NCBI GenBank assembly: GCA_022756575.1
Contig: JALBSH010000002.1
Span: 556 to 64,555 of the forward strand
DNA from: Lactobacillus mulieris
GTDB lineage: Bacteria; Bacillota; Bacilli; Lactobacillales; Lactobacillaceae
Reading direction: 5' to 3'
Length of the DNA stretch: 64,000 bases
Position numbers and translations under genes: made by a program. Shown piece by piece: positions 62,701-64,000 of the stretch. The notes under the pieces were generated by a model. It made no database searches. It was not told where the DNA came from and saw only the letters and a program-made list of their open reading frames with translations. Each line of letters begins with the position of its first letter. Within the stretch, counting starts at the first letter, position 1.

Positions 62701-62938
62701 CGGAAAAGAAGAATGAATCTAAGAAGACGCCTGCTTCTCCATTAACCCCTGAAGCAAAGAGCCCTAAGAAGGGTGAGGCAAAGAAGATTACCAGTTCTAC
62801 AGCGAAACTCCCACAAACTGGTAATAATGATTCATCAGTTGCTGGCCTAGGCATTGCCGCAATGGCTGTCGCAAGTTTGATTGGCTTGGCGGGAAAAAAG
62901 AAGATGAAAAATAATAGCTAATTTTCGTTAATCTTTTC

Positions 62939-62972
62939 AAACAGAATCGATGAAAGTCGATTCTGTTTTTTT
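62939..62972 (+). terminator. Adhesin 2 terminator
   Basis: AAACAGAATCGA-tgaaag-TCGATTCTGTTTTTTT. Confidence 0.9.
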
Positions 62973-63073
62973 ATGGTAAAAACTTACAAGTGGGTAATTT
63001 TCTTATATAATTGATTAGTGTGTTTGAATTAAAAAATTTAAGAAAATAAATTTAATATTTGGAAAAGAGAACA

Positions 63074-64000
63074 ATGAATTATCTTATTGTAGGCGCAGGC
63101 CTTTTTGGTGCAGTTTTCGCTCGTGAAGCTGCTAATCATGGAAATAAAGTTACAATTATTGAAAGACGTAACCATATTGCAGGTAATATTTACACCAAGA
63201 AAGTAGATGGAATCCAGGTTCATCAATATGGTGCACATATTTTCCATACTTCAAATAAGGAAGTTTGGAACTATGTTCATCAATTTGCTGAATTTAACCG
63301 TTATACTAATTGCCCTGTGGCTAATTACAAGGGGCACATGTATAACTTGCCATTTAATATGAATACTTTTAGTGAAATGTGGGGAGTCAGAACACCACAA
63401 GAAGCTATGGACAAGATTAATGAACAACGTCAAGAAATGGCTGGTAAAGAGCCTAAGAACCTTGAAGAGCAAGCTATTTCATTAATTGGTAGAGATATTT
63501 ATGAAAAGCTAATCAAAGGTTACACTGAAAAGCAATGGGGTAGAAAAGCAACAGAACTTCCAGCTTTCATTATTAAGCGTCTTCCAGTTCGGTTAACTTA
63601 TGATAACAACTACTTTAATGATGATTACCAAGGTATTCCAATTGGTGGTTACACTAAGATGGTAGAAAAGATGCTTGATTATCCAAATATCAAAGTTGAA
63701 TTAAATACTGACTTCTTTGATAAGAAGGATGAATATTTGAATAATTTTGATAAAGTTGTCTACACTGGAATGATTGATAAGTTCTTTGATTATAAGTTAG
63801 GAGAACTCGAATATCGTTCACTTCACTTTGAAACTGAAGAAAAGAATGTTGGTAACTACCAAGGTAACGCTGTAATTAACTATACCGAAGCTGAAATTCC
63901 TTATACTAGAATTATTGAACATAAGCACTTTGAATTCGGTAAAGGTGATAAAGATAAGACTATTATTACCCGTGAATATCCTGCTGATTGGAAGCGCGGA
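63074..64000 (+). CDS. glf: UDP-galactopyranose mutase (3' truncated by window; absent from ORF track)
   Basis: MNYLIVGAGLFGAVFA...IAGNIY...HQYGAHIFHT, LPFNMNTF, GYTEKQWG, YFNDDYQGIP and LEYRSL. Confidence 0.96.
   Translation, partial: MNYLIVGAGLFGAVFAREAANHGNKVTIIERRNHIAGNIYTKKVDGIQVHQYGAHIFHTSNKEVWNYVHQFAEFNRYTNCPVANYKGHMYNLPFNMNTFSEMWGVRTPQEAMDKINEQRQEMAGKEPKNLEEQAISLIGRDIYEKLIKGYTEKQWGRKATELPAFIIKRLPVRLTYDNNYFNDDYQGIPIGGYTKMVEKMLDYPNIKVELNTDFFDKKDEYLNNFDKVVYTGMIDKFFDYKLGELEYRSLHFETEEKNVGNYQGNAVINYTEAEIPYTRIIEHKHFEFGKGDKDKTIITREYPADWKRG

Larger units (their letters stand above)
55912..62921 (+). pseudogene. Second YSIRK/Mub-repeat/LPQTG adhesin (about 2336 aa) split by a single-base frameshift (natural or sequencing error)
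   Basis: ORF 55912-56532 has the signal peptide but no anchor. ORF 56637-62921 has repeats and LPQTG (62808-62822) but no signal or RBS. The downstream frame is open from 56445, and +1 nt near 56462 fuses the two. Confidence 0.85.

Noticed and set aside
41272..62854. Many 60-150 aa alternative-frame and antisense ORFs inside the adhesins, and similar ones in core genes
   Set aside because: Expected by-products of biased codon usage; no RBS or family motifs.
1..64000. CRISPR array, IS element, tRNA/rRNA, invertible promoter
   Set aside because: By eye I found no regularly spaced repeat-spacer pattern, transposase, structural RNA gene or long inverted repeats flanking a promoter.

Overview
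Low-GC Lactobacillus chromosomal window, almost entirely + strand and consistent with the acidophilus/delbrueckii clade; the species cannot be fixed from sequence alone. (1) 1-12 kb is an accessory/metabolic stretch. It holds an Asn T-box plus asnA, a P-type ATPase, and an orphan mannose-family PTS (IIAB-IIC-IID) divergent from a degenerate AAC(3)-family gene across a spacer with NagR/DasR-like operators and a cre-like site. It also holds a 30-aa small membrane ORF, a nucleoside hydrolase, an APC permease, a decayed secreted-protein gene with a mucin/carbohydrate-binding-like module, and DedA. (2) 12-39.4 kb is the conserved core block: uvrC-obgE-oatA-rnz-SDR-lapA-rpmF, dnaE-pfkA-pyk, cvfB-xerD-ribT-scpAB-rluB, an atypical FMN riboswitch with ribU, LysM-cmk-rpsA-der-hup and a TPR gene. 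(3) 39.6-64 kb is a cell-surface island. It has two tandem YSIRK/LPQTG Mub-repeat adhesins (5255 aa intact; about 2336 aa split by a 1-nt frameshift at the edge of a GC-richer segment) that share promoter/leader architecture and an R-x-K/R-R motif, followed by glf. I saw no CRISPR array, IS, prophage, tRNA or rRNA. Family assignments are from motif recognition by eye, not database searches.
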